Source: Euprymna scolopes (lineage: Eukaryota). Taken from it: a stretch of 64,000 nucleotides of DNA. A program made the position numbers and the translations under genes. Below the pieces are notes generated by a model. It was not told where the DNA came from. It saw only the letters and a list, made by a program, of their open reading frames with translations, and ran no database searches. Location: NCBI GenBank assembly GCA_053919585.1, contig CM132812.1; one strand, 5' to 3'. Of the stretch, positions 12,309-25,086 are shown piece by piece (positions within the stretch are counted from its first letter, which is position 1; every line of letters starts with the position of its first letter).

Positions 12309-13067
12309 ATGGACAGATTCGACATTCGCTTAATACCCGAGTTCGACGGATCTACCACTGGACCGGCTGTCGTCGAATGGATTGAGAAGGCAGAGAAAAT
12401 CTGTAAACTGTGCAAAATTAAAGAACCAGCCACAGTTATCCCTTTGAGGCTAACCGGAGGGGCCTATGCAGTCTACCAACAACTCGGGGATGAACCAGAC
12501 TGGGATGAAATCAAGCAGAGCCTGTATACAGCGTTTGGTACAGATCCATTTGTTGCGTGGCAACAGTTCACGAGCCGGAGACTTCAACCCAAGGAAACAG
12601 TCGGCGTGTACCTAGCCGACCTGCGAAAATTATCTGTACCGTTTGGTGGGGTCAACGATAAAATATTAAGCTGTGCTTTTTTGGTAGGCCTACCCAAGGA
12701 GGTCAGTAAACTGTTGCGGGCATCATCAAGAATCGATGAATTGTCAACTGATGAGTTATTGGCCCGAGCTCGAAACATCTGTAAGGAACAGGAACCAATT
12801 GCAGCAGCAGCTCGTTTTCGACATGGAGGCAATGTGGACTCTCTCCCAGATAGTAATAAGCATGCCACCCCAGTGTGCTATAAATGTGGGGAGGCCAATC
12901 ATTTTGCTAAAGAGTGCCGGAGTGATAGGAGAGGTGTATATCCACAATCAAAGAGACCAGTGCAATGCTATCGCTGCAATAAGTTTGGGCACATATCTCG
13001 CAACTGTTCGGGAAACGAAGTTGGGGGCAAGGTACTATCGCTACCCTTGCCCCCTGCCAACCAATAA
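12309..13067 (+). CDS. gag: Retrotransposon Gag, 252 aa, two CCHC zinc knuckles
   Basis: Intact ORF; CYKCGEANHFAKEC and CYRCNKFGHISRNC. Confidence 0.92.
   Translation: MDRFDIRLIPEFDGSTTGPAVVEWIEKAEKICKLCKIKEPATVIPLRLTGGAYAVYQQLGDEPDWDEIKQSLYTAFGTDPFVAWQQFTSRRLQPKETVGVYLADLRKLSVPFGGVNDKILSCAFLVGLPKEVSKLLRASSRIDELSTDELLARARNICKEQEPIAAAARFRHGGNVDSLPDSNKHATPVCYKCGEANHFAKECRSDRRGVYPQSKRPVQCYRCNKFGHISRNCSGNEVGGKVLSLPLPPANQ
13010..13054 (+). promoter_or_regulatory. -1 programmed ribosomal frameshift signal (G GGA AAC plus stem-loop)
   Basis: Heptamer in gag frame at 13010-13016, 6-nt spacer, stem GGGGGCAAGG (13023-13032)/CCTTGCCCCC (13045-13054); the -1 frame is open into the protease. Confidence 0.85.
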
Positions 13068-16000
13068 ACACAGGATTGCCTGTCATTAGCGTTAAACTTG
13101 ATGATGTGCAGTGTTCAGCACTTATAGACACGGGGTGTTCCCGGTCTATAGTTAGTGCCCATTGTTGTCCGGTGTGGCGGAGGAACCCAGTCGGTGTTAT
13201 GACCATCAGTGGCTTATCACGAGTATGTTGTGGTGAAGGGACAGTCACAATCTGTACTGAGAAGGATGACACAGCTAAAGTTGACGTTCTGGTGATGCAG
13301 GAGAAACCCCTTGGCTACGACATGTTGCTTGGAATTGATGCAATACAAGCACTAGGAGGCGTTACAATCACAGCAGCTAGAGGTATCAGGCTTGGAGAAG
13401 GGAAAGACGTCTGTACAGCCATGTCGATTGAAGAAAAGGACTTCTGTGCTACATTTGATGACAACGAAAGGGTGTGGACTGCAAAGTGGAAATGGGCCAT
13501 GGGCCAGGAACCAGATCGGCTGTGCAACACGATTCCAGAGTATGCAGTTTCTACCAAGAATAGGGCCGCATATGAAGAAGAACTTCAGATGTGGATTGAC
13601 AATGGTTGGTTAATACCATACCCACAGGAACGTCTGGGACCACCCAAGGGATTAATTCCGCTCATGGCTGTTGAACAACCTACCAAAGAAAAAATTCGTT
13701 CCGTAATGGATTACCGAGAGTTGAATCTGCATGTTGATGCGTTTACCGGAAACGCAGATGTGTGCGCTGCTAAACTGAGAGAGTGGCGTCAAAAAGGGAG
13801 CACTTCTGGATCTAAAGAGGGCCTACCTGCAGATACGTGTCCATGAGTCATTATGGCCGTTTCAGACAGTACTACTCAAGGGAAAACTATATTGTTTGAC
13901 ACGTTTGGGTTTTGGCCTAAACGTAGCACCCTTGATTATGACAACCATTGTTAAAACTGTTTTGATGCAGGATGAGACCACAGCAAAAGCTGCTTCAGCC
14001 TACATAGATGACATCTATGTTAATGAGGACATAATGTCTGTGGATGCAGTTCGAATAAAACTGAAAGCGTTTGGGTTAATAAGCAAAGACCCTAAGCGTC
14101 TAAAGGATGGAGTGCCCGTGCTAGGCCTAGAGGTCTGGGAGGAGGGCAATACGTTGCGATGGAAGTGAGGGAGCCCACTTCCAAAGTTACCCAATGTATT
14201 AACAATACGTACTGTGTTTTCCATCTGTGGTAAATTGGTAGGACATCTACCTGTCTGGGGATGGCTCCGATCGGCAACAGGAGTGGTGAAAAGACGAGTG
14301 ACTACAGTAACAAAAGGATGGGACGATGTTGTGGATGATGATTCTCTCCAACAAATGATGGCTGAAATGTTGTCCAGAGTGCATAGGAATGACCCTGCCC
14401 GGGGTGAGTGGCAAGTGTCTGGAAACGAACTAAATGCATGGGTTGACGCAAGTTCGTTGGCTACAGGTGTCGTGTTGGAGCAACTAGGTGATGTTGTGGA
14501 AGATGCATGCTGGCTTCGTCCGAAAAATGATGCCCAACATATTAATTTGGCAGAACTTGATGCCACGTTAAAAGGTCTTAATCTCGCATTGCAATGGCAG
14601 ACTAATGTTGTGCATCTCCACACTGACTCATTGTGTGTTTACCATTGGTTAACCGACACCTTGACTGGAAAGGCTCGAGTTAAGACTAGAGCTGCAAGTG
14701 AAATGCTAGTACGAAGGAGACTAGCAATAATTAAGCGTCTAGTTGACGGATACAACTTGCAGGTAGACATTACGTTAGTCTCGTCGATGCAGAATTTGGC
14801 TGATAGCTTGACTCGAGTACCAAAGAGGTGGATCGATGCAATGAGGCAGGGATCCGATCTTCAACAACAAACATGCGCGACTGTAACGGATCAATTAACA
14901 CCTGACCAGATCCGTATGATACACCAGCAGAGTGGACATCCTGGAATTCAGAGGACTGCATATTTTGTCCGAAGAGTATGCCCTGCAACTACAAAAGCAT
15001 CAGTGAAAGCAGCCATACGTTCGTGTGAAGAGTGTCAAAGAATTGATCCGGCACCATCCCAATGGAAAAAAGGGAAGCTCGAGGTAGAGGGCAACTGGCA
15101 GCGAGTAGGGATGGACATAACACATTATGGGGACAAACATTTTTTGACCATGACGGATTGTGGCCCGACGCGTTTCACAATATGGCGCCTGTTGACACGA
15201 CAGGATGCAGCCAGCATTATACGACAGTTGAGAGCCATCTTTTTTGAACGTGGTGCCCCGATTGAAATTCTGACTGATAATGTCGCCACATTTCGATGTC
15301 AAGAATTTCAGAAATTCATGCACGAATGGGGGATTAAAATGCATTATCGGTGTGCATATTATCCCGAGGGTAATGGTATAGCAGAACGGTGTCACCACAC
15401 CATCACAAGAATTGCAGCCAGGATGCAGTGCTCTATTCCAGAAGCTGTGTACTGGTATAATATAACACCCAAGGACAATGCAACACCAGCAACTGCACCA
15501 GCCAATGGGATTTACCAATATGAACAGCGTGTGAAACGAGTTGATGCCATACCATCAGTGGTGAGTGTTGTCAATACACCATATCAGGTGGAAGACCTTA
15601 TTTGGATAAAACCCCCGAATGCTGGGTGCACTACGAAATTTTTCCGGGGAAAAATAGACGAAATCATAAGTCCTCAGACCATGTTGATTGGTGGCATACC
15701 ACGTCACGTAAAAGATATCCGCCCTTGTTATACCTCTTCTGATTCTGAGGACGATGAGGAGGATCACACACCGTTCAGAGATGATCCTGATCACTTACTG
15801 CCCTTTCAGGTGAGCATAGAAACACCACCAACAGAACCAGACGAGGGAATGATGGGACATACCGATGACAATAGTGATGAGAGCGATGGACACAAGGAAG
15901 TAATGCCTCATCGAAATACTCGACAGAGACGAATGCTGCCCGCCCCCCTGCCCTGATTGTGAGACACCGCCTATGGAACCACGAGACGGGATAATGGAAC

Positions 16001-16136
16001 AGACTGGTAGTAATGATGGTAGTATAAAGAAAACATTCTTCGAAGGAGTACCCGCCAACGACGATTGCCTGCATGTCCTGTTTGTGATCATGAGATCAGG
16101 GGGGAGTGTGGAGAAATGCGTGACTTACCTGGATAG
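13010..16136 (+). pseudogene. pol: Retrotransposon pol, disrupted
   Basis: Frameshifting deletion near 13800 (before LLDLKRAYLQI), in-frame TGA at 14166-14168 (likely CGA>TGA), further shifts in the C-terminal tail near 15945-16030. Confidence 0.88.
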
Positions 16137-16506
16137 ACCACGTGCGGGTCGGTCACCGAAAATAAATAAAAAGAAAGAAAAGAAATGGTCAAGACTCTTA
16201 TTTATAGAGTAGTGATCACGTGAGTTACAAGAATATGCAAATAGAGGTGAACGATTTTGCGATATAAAAAGCCTGTGTTGTTAAGAGGAGGGGGAGACTG
16301 TTGGCAGAAGTCAGTGCTGTCAGACGTGCTTTAGAGTTTTGTTATTATATGCTGTGCTCGATTATTGGAGAGAGAAGAGAAGAGGAGGAACCAAGAAGAC
16401 ATTCTGCAGGTACTTTGATACAACGGGGGCGCAATTCAACAATCAACCATTTCCTTTGGTTTAAGAACACAAAGGAATCGAGATACTTGACTTTGTGTTG
16501 GTTTTA
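16107..16506 (+). repeat. 3' LTR preceded by PPT (AGGGGGGAG)
   Basis: Direct repeat of 11872-12274. Confidence 0.93.
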
Positions 16507-17837
16507 GAAATATTAGGAGATCAGTGTGGAGAATGGTGGACCGTGTCCTAGTGGATACGTCTGTCCCCTTTGCTAAATATTTGAGGGATCTCCTTGGGTT
16601 TCTCCTCAACTTTTCCCTGATAGATTTGATCACTTTTGAGCAGTATAAAAACGACCTTGCCACGGTTTATTAGTAAACTCTCCAATTTCCTTGAATCATT
16701 TGAGTGTTTTCAAATCAGCATTTAACAATATCCCTTGATGACTTTCTTGACTTGTAGAACTCTACTTATTCAAATCCTGTGTCATTTTTGCCAGAAGTAA
16801 TATTTAACTTTCAGGCAACGAAAAACGATCTGATTGTAATGAAAATGGGTAATAATAAAATTTTGTAATAGTGAACACTCTGTCTATATTTCTGTCTTCA
16901 CTTTACAAGCATACTCATGAGAACAAAATAACAACTAAAAACAAAAAATACAACGAATATTTATTGTGTGTGAACCCGACTGCGGCTTCTCTGAAGTTGT
17001 GAATTTGAAAACACTCTCTAGCGTGAGTCTGTACTTTAGTTTGAAAAAGGGAGGTAATGCTGCAATATTAAATACTATTTAGAGATTCATCCACTATATT
17101 TAATTACTAGATAAAGGGGTTGTTAATTTTTAATCAAATACATATTATATTCTATTTATAGATGCATCTACATCTTATTACTAGAGCGAGGCACCTACTA
17201 ATTTTATACAACCCATTAAATGCTATTTAAAGATTTATCTCCTTATTTAATTACCAAGATAAGGACTTGTTAATAATATACTTACATATTAGAGGATAAA
17301 AATTACTACCGGAACAGTAGTAGAAACTCGCTATGAAGCAAGCGAACAACAGAAGATGTTGTATTTGAGAGAAACAGCTTACCTTATAGGCTTGTATATA
17401 CTGATGTGTGTTAGCTGTTTTCTTTTTTTGATAAAGTCAATGTCAAGGGAGAGATGAAGCGCCTTCCTAGGGCTTTCCTCGTCTGAGTTTTATAGGATAG
17501 TGCATTTGGGGAGTATTTAATAGCATGTCTTTTAAAACTTTATGTAGTCATGTTTGGGGGTATTTCGTCTTATAAATAATATTGGGTCATCAGGAGAGAA
17601 TACGCACCGTTTCGGGGCCTTCTTACATATTAAATTTTATTTATAGATTCATCTCCTTTATTTAATTACTAGCAGGACTCATGTTCCAGTATTAGACAAG
17701 GCAATAGAAACTAATTATTTACTTTAAAATAATAAATATTAATAAATAAATAATTTGGTATTTTCATTTATATTTTGTGAAAAAAAAAACGTTGGTCTTA
17801 CTTAAATAAAGCCTGAAAACAAAGAGCATACAATAAG

Positions 17838-18862
17838 AAGCTCACAGTATTAATGCTGGAGTCCCTCAGGGGTCCATCCTGGGCGCAACTCTCTTCCTGA
17901 TCTACATTAATAATCTTCCAAATAACATCCTAAGATCATTCATTGATTGCACTACCATCTATGGCAACACATCAAAGACCGTAAATGACAAAGTTCTCTC
18001 TGACTCTCTATCCTCTAATCTTGAGCATGTGGTATAATGGGGAAAGCGGTGGCTGGTTAATTTTAATACGACTAAAACTAAGATTCTATCTTTACATCAT
18101 CATTGCTCTGATCCTCATCTGACATCAATTGAAATGAATGGCTCTTGTCTTAGGGAGGCTGCATGTTTTGACAAACTTTCGAGCTTGACATTTACTCCTG
18201 ATCTAAAATGGAACACATACATCAAATCTGTTGCCAAGGCTGCTGGAAAAATGGTAGGATCCTTCTACCACTCCAGTAGATATCTCACTCCTGATGCAAT
18301 TCTCTACCTATATGTAAGCCAGCTACAGCCAATGATGGAGTACTGTTGCTACATCTGGGCAGGAGCTGCTAGAAGCAGCTTATCCTGCCTTGACAGAGTT
18401 CAAAATAGACTTTGTAGCTTAGCTTTTCTCTTCCCTACAACCTCTTTCCCACAGAAGAGACATTGCGAGTCTGTCTCTGCTTTATCGTTATTTTCATGAC
18501 AAGTGCTCGTCTGAGCTTCAATTTATGGTCCCCCCTCGTCAAACTTTCACTAAAAACACTCATCTAGCCAAAATCACTATCAATAATTTTCCACACCCTT
18601 CATCTGTGCCTAAACCTAAACGTAAATTCCATAAACAAAGCTTCTTTCTTAGAATTGCATGCCTGTGGAACTCTTTTCCATTTGCCTACTTTCTAGCCTT
18701 CTACAATTTGATTGTCTTCAAGTCTTATGTAAACAACTTCTTGATGAATCACCCCCCCCAAGTAATCCAATTTACAAAATTTCCACTACGTATGTATACC
18801 CATTAATCCTTATCCTCGAGTGGCTTCCGGGCCTTGATAAGTGGTGACTCCTTTGTAAAAAT
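17838..18862 (+). mobile_element. LINE family B RT and 3' end, decayed
   Basis: INAGVPQGSILG, MEYCCYIWAGA, same 3' UTR motif AGTGGCTTCCGGGCCTTGATAAGTGGTGA. Confidence 0.85.
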
Positions 18863-20569
18863 AAATAACTAAATAAAAGAATAAAACTTTATTTTAAAAA
18901 GCTTTCATAAATTGTCTCTTCAAAAGTCTTCCTTTTCAGTATTTTTCCCCCTAATATTTTCTTCTTTTATATAAGTTACTTCTGACCAAATTCTTATAAA
19001 AAACTTTCAAAGGTTAAATATTCTTAGGTTTTCATTCCCCAGAATGCTAAATGAAAAACTGTTCTTTTCTTTTCCTGTAAAGCTAATGATTTCATTTCTT
19101 TTTAAACCACTTTGGGTTAGAGTTTTTCGTCTTAACTTTCTTTTTCTCTTCACTTGAAAAAAGACTTTTCCTTTTTTTTCAGATACAGGCATGCATAACG
19201 TTTTCATCTTCATTAACGAATTGTAATTTGACGTATCAAGAAATATTTCAAAATAACTTTTATAATTAATAGTTTTTTTAGAGCATATACTTTTACAATT
19301 TGTGCATAAACATGCTGGATTGCAGTCAAGATCTTACCATTTTACACGTGGATGTATTATGCAAAATACGGACCATGCTGAAATACTAACGTTATTATTT
19401 ACTGACCCAGACTTAACATGGGAAGCACCCTAACAATTAAGTAGACAATACCTACCATATACAATATAACTACAGTATGTAAAACATAGCACGATCCGTA
19501 TTCCGCATACTTACAAAACACATGGTGCAGTGTAACATCTACACCAACACAGCAAACTCTACATCGGTCATGACAGCCATATAATAACACTTAACAACTG
19601 TGATAAGCTGTTGTTAAGGCAGCCAATACCCACAAATAGCTGTCTTAATGCATAATAACTTACAGTGTCTGCCAGGGCCTGCCAATGCGATCAACTAATA
19701 GTAACCACTTAAAAAGATCACTATCACCCAGTTAACATGAATAATAGTCATAACTGGCATTAAATGACAGTGCAGGAGATTCTGCTAGCTGCCACTGACA
19801 GCCAATGCAAGACAGTTGAATCCAGATGCTTTCATTTTGGCCACTGCCACCAGTGCCCACAATTTTCTTGAGCTGAGAATGACTATTACTAGTAACCCAG
19901 TCATCTACTTGTGTTCTATGTTAATACTTTTAGCTGTTTATTTGTAGTAATTTATGTCTCACATACAATGATGCACTAGATAATCAAATGTTATTTTGTT
20001 TTTGGTGGGGTGGAGGGAGGTTCCATTAGCTGTTCTGGCTTTGTATCATATTTCCACCAAGCAACACCAGTATATGGGTCCTGTTAGTGACTTTGGATTG
20101 TTTTCATTTCATTGCATTTTTAAATCTTCCAAAAATAAAGTCATATTTATAGATAGTTGTTTCAAAGGAAAATAGCTTATTTAAAGATTATTAAATTATT
20201 AAACTGGAAAAATGCTGATCTTTATTTTGAGAAATAAGAATGAAAGTCCTTGTGTTTTCTACCGCTTGTGGGAGCATGTTTACACTAAATATGAACATAA
20301 TGATATGCTGTTTTGAATATGAAGACTTGGCTAATGACCTCAAACACACTCACTTTCCTCAACCCATTTTATCCTAAACTGAAACAATTAAATGAAATGA
20401 CATCCCAAACAAAAAATATGATTAAACCAGGCACTCATCCAAACAAAACAACTTCGTCTCTTGAGGCTTGTATTCATAAAATAACTTGCACCTCTCAATC
20501 TCTGCTAATTGTTTTAACATGACTGGATACCTCTCACTCCATCATAAAGACTCAGGTAGACATATGCAT

Positions 20570-20634
<65 letters not shown>

Positions 20635-21049
20635 AGTAAAACGATTCACAATTATGAATCGTTTTATGCAATATTAATATAGCTCTAGGATACCTATACC
20701 TATTGAGCTTATCATATATCTACAGTACAATGGTCACTGTTTTCTTTTAAAAGTATTAATATATTTATTTATACATTAAAATAAACTCTGCTCTTTAGAC
20801 TCCAGGTATAATTCCCTCCATAAAATATCACACATATATATATATATTTGTAACACTCTCCCCTTGACTATCAAGCAAAATCTCAAATCAGATGATTAAC
20901 CTTTCATGTACTTTAAAGTAACCTTTCAACACTGCGTTAGTTACTTATATTTCCTTTACCGTTTTCCCTCAATTTGTAGTGTACCCTGATCAACCACAAA
21001 CAATGTGCTAATGAGGCAACTGAATGAGTCAAAGCAAACATTAAAGCAC

Positions 21050-21872
21050 ATGTTCTCATACAGAAATTCTATAGTAATACCCACTTTCCTAAATTATGGA
21101 CTTCAACCATTGCAGCTATCATTGCACACAAGCAGCATGCATCCCATCGATTCATCCGTCATAACTGAAGTGCAAATAGGCAGAAGCCAAACATTCGTAG
21201 ATGCTAGAAATCATTATAAGAGTAAAATTGCCAGAGCCAAAAAATGCATATTGAAATGACCAGAAAATGTGTTGGGTTGCAGTAATTAGGAACTCATGAT
21301 TTCTGAAGAATTTATAATAGTGTGGAGAATAATTTACTCACTATCCAATAACCATAAGGTCGCTTGGCCTCCAACTCCACAAATCACTCCTTCCCAAATT
21401 TCTCTTTGTGAATAGAATCCACATTCAATGATCTAAAAGTCATCATTTCTCATGTGTATGATATCATAAAAACACCTGGTCACCTCCAAAGGTTATGGGT
21501 TTGATCTCATTCCTGTTATACTCTTAAAGAAATGCTCAACTGAGCTAGCTCCTGCCCTCTCTAAACTCTATAATAAATGCATTGCCGAATTTTGATTCCC
21601 TAATAGCTGTAAAATTGCCTCTGTGGTACCAGTATTTAAGAATTATGGTGAAAGAACTAACTCACTCAATTATTACCCCATTAATTTCCTCCCACTCTTT
21701 GCTAAAATCTTTGTTAATCACCACCTCATAAATGTTAAGCATCTTTTTGACTAATAGTATGGATTTAGGTAAACCCATTCTACTGCTAATGGTTATCTTT
21801 TAACACATATACCATACACTGTATAAGGCAAGGGAAGCTAGTGTGGTATGCCTTGATATATCCAAAACTTTA
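21050..21872 (+). mobile_element. Old LINE family A-like fragment
   Basis: Remnants ASVVPVFKNYGERT, YGFR, LDISK with stops. Confidence 0.7.
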
Positions 21873-22494
21873 TTCTGCAAATAGTCAGAGCATGTTCCAG
21901 CATTGTGCAGGGGGTGGATATAATATTGATTTAAATAAAGAATTAGTATCAGAGTATCAATTCTGAGGGATTAAACTAAATAGTAACTGCAATAAAAAAT
22001 AATTGGAAATGCTTACCGACTTGGAGGTCTAAACTCATTTGTTGTTTTTCAGGAATGCCAATGTAAAGCGTCCTTTAAGTATTCTGGAATAACGGGTGTT
22101 AATGGGTGGTGATGAGGCACGCGTGTTAATGGGTGGTGATGAGAATCGATAGTAATGAATAAAAATGCTCATTTGGTAGAGTCAAATTATCTAGAGAAAA
22201 TATAATCAATATTGAAAGAAGATGAAATAGAATGCATAGTTTCTGGATATGCATAAGGTTTAGTCATACACACAAAGTCCTTTTATATAATAGTAGATAG
22301 ATAGATAGAAAGATAGATAGATATTAAATGCAGTTTATAGTTTCGTATAACCATTATTTAATTACTAGAAAAGTGCTGTTAATTTTATACTAAAGTATTT
22401 AATATTCATAGTTTTATTTTCTTTTATTTAATTAAGAGAAAGGCTATTGATTTTATACATGTCTCTACTTATATATAAAAAATACTGTGTGTGC

Positions 22495-22537
<43 letters not shown>

Positions 22538-22751
22538 AGAGTTCTCTATGAACTCAAAAACACCTTGACCGATTTCTTTTTTAAATTTCACACAAATGTA
22601 CTTCATGTGTCTGGGAATGTTCTTAGAAAGGTTTTGAATCGGAATACCTCCGATAAGTATTGATGATTTAAAAAATTTTATGTTAGAAGGAACAGTCCGA
22701 TTTTGACCAAAATTAACACTTTCATACAGCCTGATATCACAAGTGCATTTC

Positions 22752-24230
22752 GCTCTTACAATTATTTCTAGCTTCTATAAACTTTTGTCTACTTGTACTG
22801 GACATACGTTGGATAAATCTGCAGTTTGCATGCTGCCTTTGAGCAATGGCAGCTGCGCAAGGAATGAACCATTGGTTAGAGTGGGATTTGCTAAAGAACT
22901 TCCTTGGTGAAACATGCGCTTCAATTGTGGCTTTGAACTATTCAGTGGTCTCATTTGCGAACTGTTCCATAGAAAAAGAAAAGATATTTCCCCATTGCTC
23001 AAAGGCAAAATGCATACTGCAGATATATCCAACATAGGTTCAGTACAAATAGACAAAAGTTTATAGAAGCTAAAAATAACTGTAGCTACAGCTCAGAGAA
23101 CATACAGAAAACGCATTGAAGCATAGAAATTAGGAACTTATGATTTCTGAGAAATTTATAACAATATAATAAATAATAGTCAATCAACAATTCCCCCACA
23201 ATCCAACAACCTTGAAGTTGTTTGCATGGCAACTGAGGAGGCTAACCTGATTGCCCAACTGTTTGTCTGCAACTTTATTTTGGGCTCAACAAACCACTTC
23301 CTCTCAGATTTTCTTTTGCGGACAGAATGATAATCTGAAACTTATCTCTTGTCAAGTTTGTGATATAAGAAGTCTAGACACTTCAAAGACCTGATCCTAT
23401 TAAATAAATGCTCTGTTAAGGTTGCTTTAGTTTTTTTCAAACTCTTCAACAAATAACTTACCGAATCTTGCTTTTTTAACTACTGGGAAACTGATTCTGT
23501 GGTATCAGTTTACAAGAATTCTGGAAAATAAAGTGTTCTACTAAACTATCATCCTATTAACCTTATCTCTCTCTTTGCCAAAATCTTTGAGTCTTTAATT
23601 AATCAAGCACCACCTCATAGATAATAAACTTAATTCCGACCAACAGTATGGATTTAGATAAACCCGTTTACCTACAGTTATCTTAACTGTAATCTCTGAA
23701 CATATATACCACGCACTGGGTAAGGCAGGGGAGACTAGGGCAGTAGCCCTAGATATATCTGATATGTAATCTATCCCTGGTTATTTGAAAATTGTGATTT
23801 TGCTGTGAAGGTTGGTTAATACCAAAAGAGTTCAAGGGTTAAGTTGTTCAAGTCCAATGTTAACAAATTCCTAATGAACCGCCCCCTTAAGTAAACACTT
23901 CATCAAATCTCCACACTAACGTAATGTACTTGCAATAACCCTTATCCCTGAGTGGCTTCCGGACCTTGATAAGTGGTGACCACTGTGTAAAAAAAAAAAA
24001 AAATCCCATTCATTGTTGAGGTCCCCAAATGTCAGAAAGTTTTTTACTCACATCGCTTCTTCCCTTAAACATTGGAATTCTCTTCCTGCTGTCTACTTCC
24101 TTGACTGTACTGATATGCAGAAGTTCAAATGCAACGTAATCAATCTTTCTTAAGTATTGTCCCAATTGGTAGCTCCTTACGTTCAAGTAGCAATATCCTT
24201 TATTTGGGGCGAAGGTGAGTAAAAAAAAAA
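22752..24230 (+). mobile_element. Rearranged LINE fragments (family A with inverted 5' part, family B 3' end 23845-24003, family A 3' end)
   Basis: Similarity to 38396-39090, 7086-7243 and 40070-40260. Confidence 0.7.
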
Positions 24231-24619
24231 TTTTTTTTCTCACATGCTAGTTCGGCTTCGGCTTCTGATTTTAGGCAGAACAGACACATCGAATTGGCGC
24301 AAAAATGCGTCAGAAAAAGAAATTTGAAAAAGTTTGAATCGACAATGCGAAAGAGTTCCCTAGTTCACTCGTAGACAAAATAAAGTAATCCATGCCAGAA
24401 AATTGGTGTAGTGTTTTATATGTTCTTTACAGCTCATCAGCCAGTGACGGGTAGAATCAATCTCAGAAGACTAAGATAGCAGAAAAAAAAGTATGGGGAA
24501 CTTTATCGCGTATATATGCACACACACTTGATGTATCATGATTATATACATAGATACAGACAAAGAGACACATGTAATGAGATATACACGCAGCAGACAA
24601 TATCCTCTCCCCCACCCCC

Positions 24620-24925
24620 GAAATCATTATATATCTAAAGATTTTGACTGGTTATGGCACAGTGGTCTTTTCATGAAAATTAAATCAGATGGCATTACTA
24701 GACGAATACTTAACATAATCAAACCATTCTTAAATAATAAAAAAATTTAGGTTGTCCTCCATAGTTGTACATCAAAACAACATGATATAAATGTGAGTGT
24801 GGCTCAGAGGTTGATCCTTGGATTTTTATTATTCCTCTTATTTATAAATGACCTCCCTGATAAAATTGCTATAAAAACAGTATATTTGTTGACGACACAA
24901 CACTCTATAACAGGCACAAGGAGAA
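24620..24925 (+). mobile_element. LINE RT fragment
   Basis: ISKDFDWLWHSG...ILGFLLFLLFINDLPDK. Confidence 0.7.
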
Positions 24926-24935
24926 AACGTGCACA

Positions 24936-25012
<77 letters not shown>

Positions 25013-25086
25013 TTAATTGTTCCAGATTAAAATTAGAAATATCACTCTATAATTATCTAATTTTTATTTTATTTTTTATTTAACAG

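Larger units (their letters stand above)
11872..16506 (+). mobile_element. Full-length Gypsy-order LTR retrotransposon (gag, PR-RT-RH-IN), recently inactivated
   Basis: Two near-identical ~400-bp direct repeats, polypurine tract before the 3' LTR, gag with two CCHC knuckles, protease LIDTG, RT YIDD, RNase H DAS...AEL...TDS...NLAD, integrase HHCC plus DDE. Confidence 0.96.
11195..16882 (-). mobile_element. Decayed Tc1/mariner-superfamily transposon split by the LTR element (pieces ~11195-11871 and 16507-~16882)
   Basis: Minus-strand remnants KVIKSIREKLRRNPRRSLKYLAK...ILHTDL, FDIQQCINIRNDRIW, IFVDEGVKLNQ, SPDLNPLD. Confidence 0.75.

Noticed and set aside
14015-15518. Antisense ORFs over pol
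   Set aside because: Shadow ORFs with no recognisable features.
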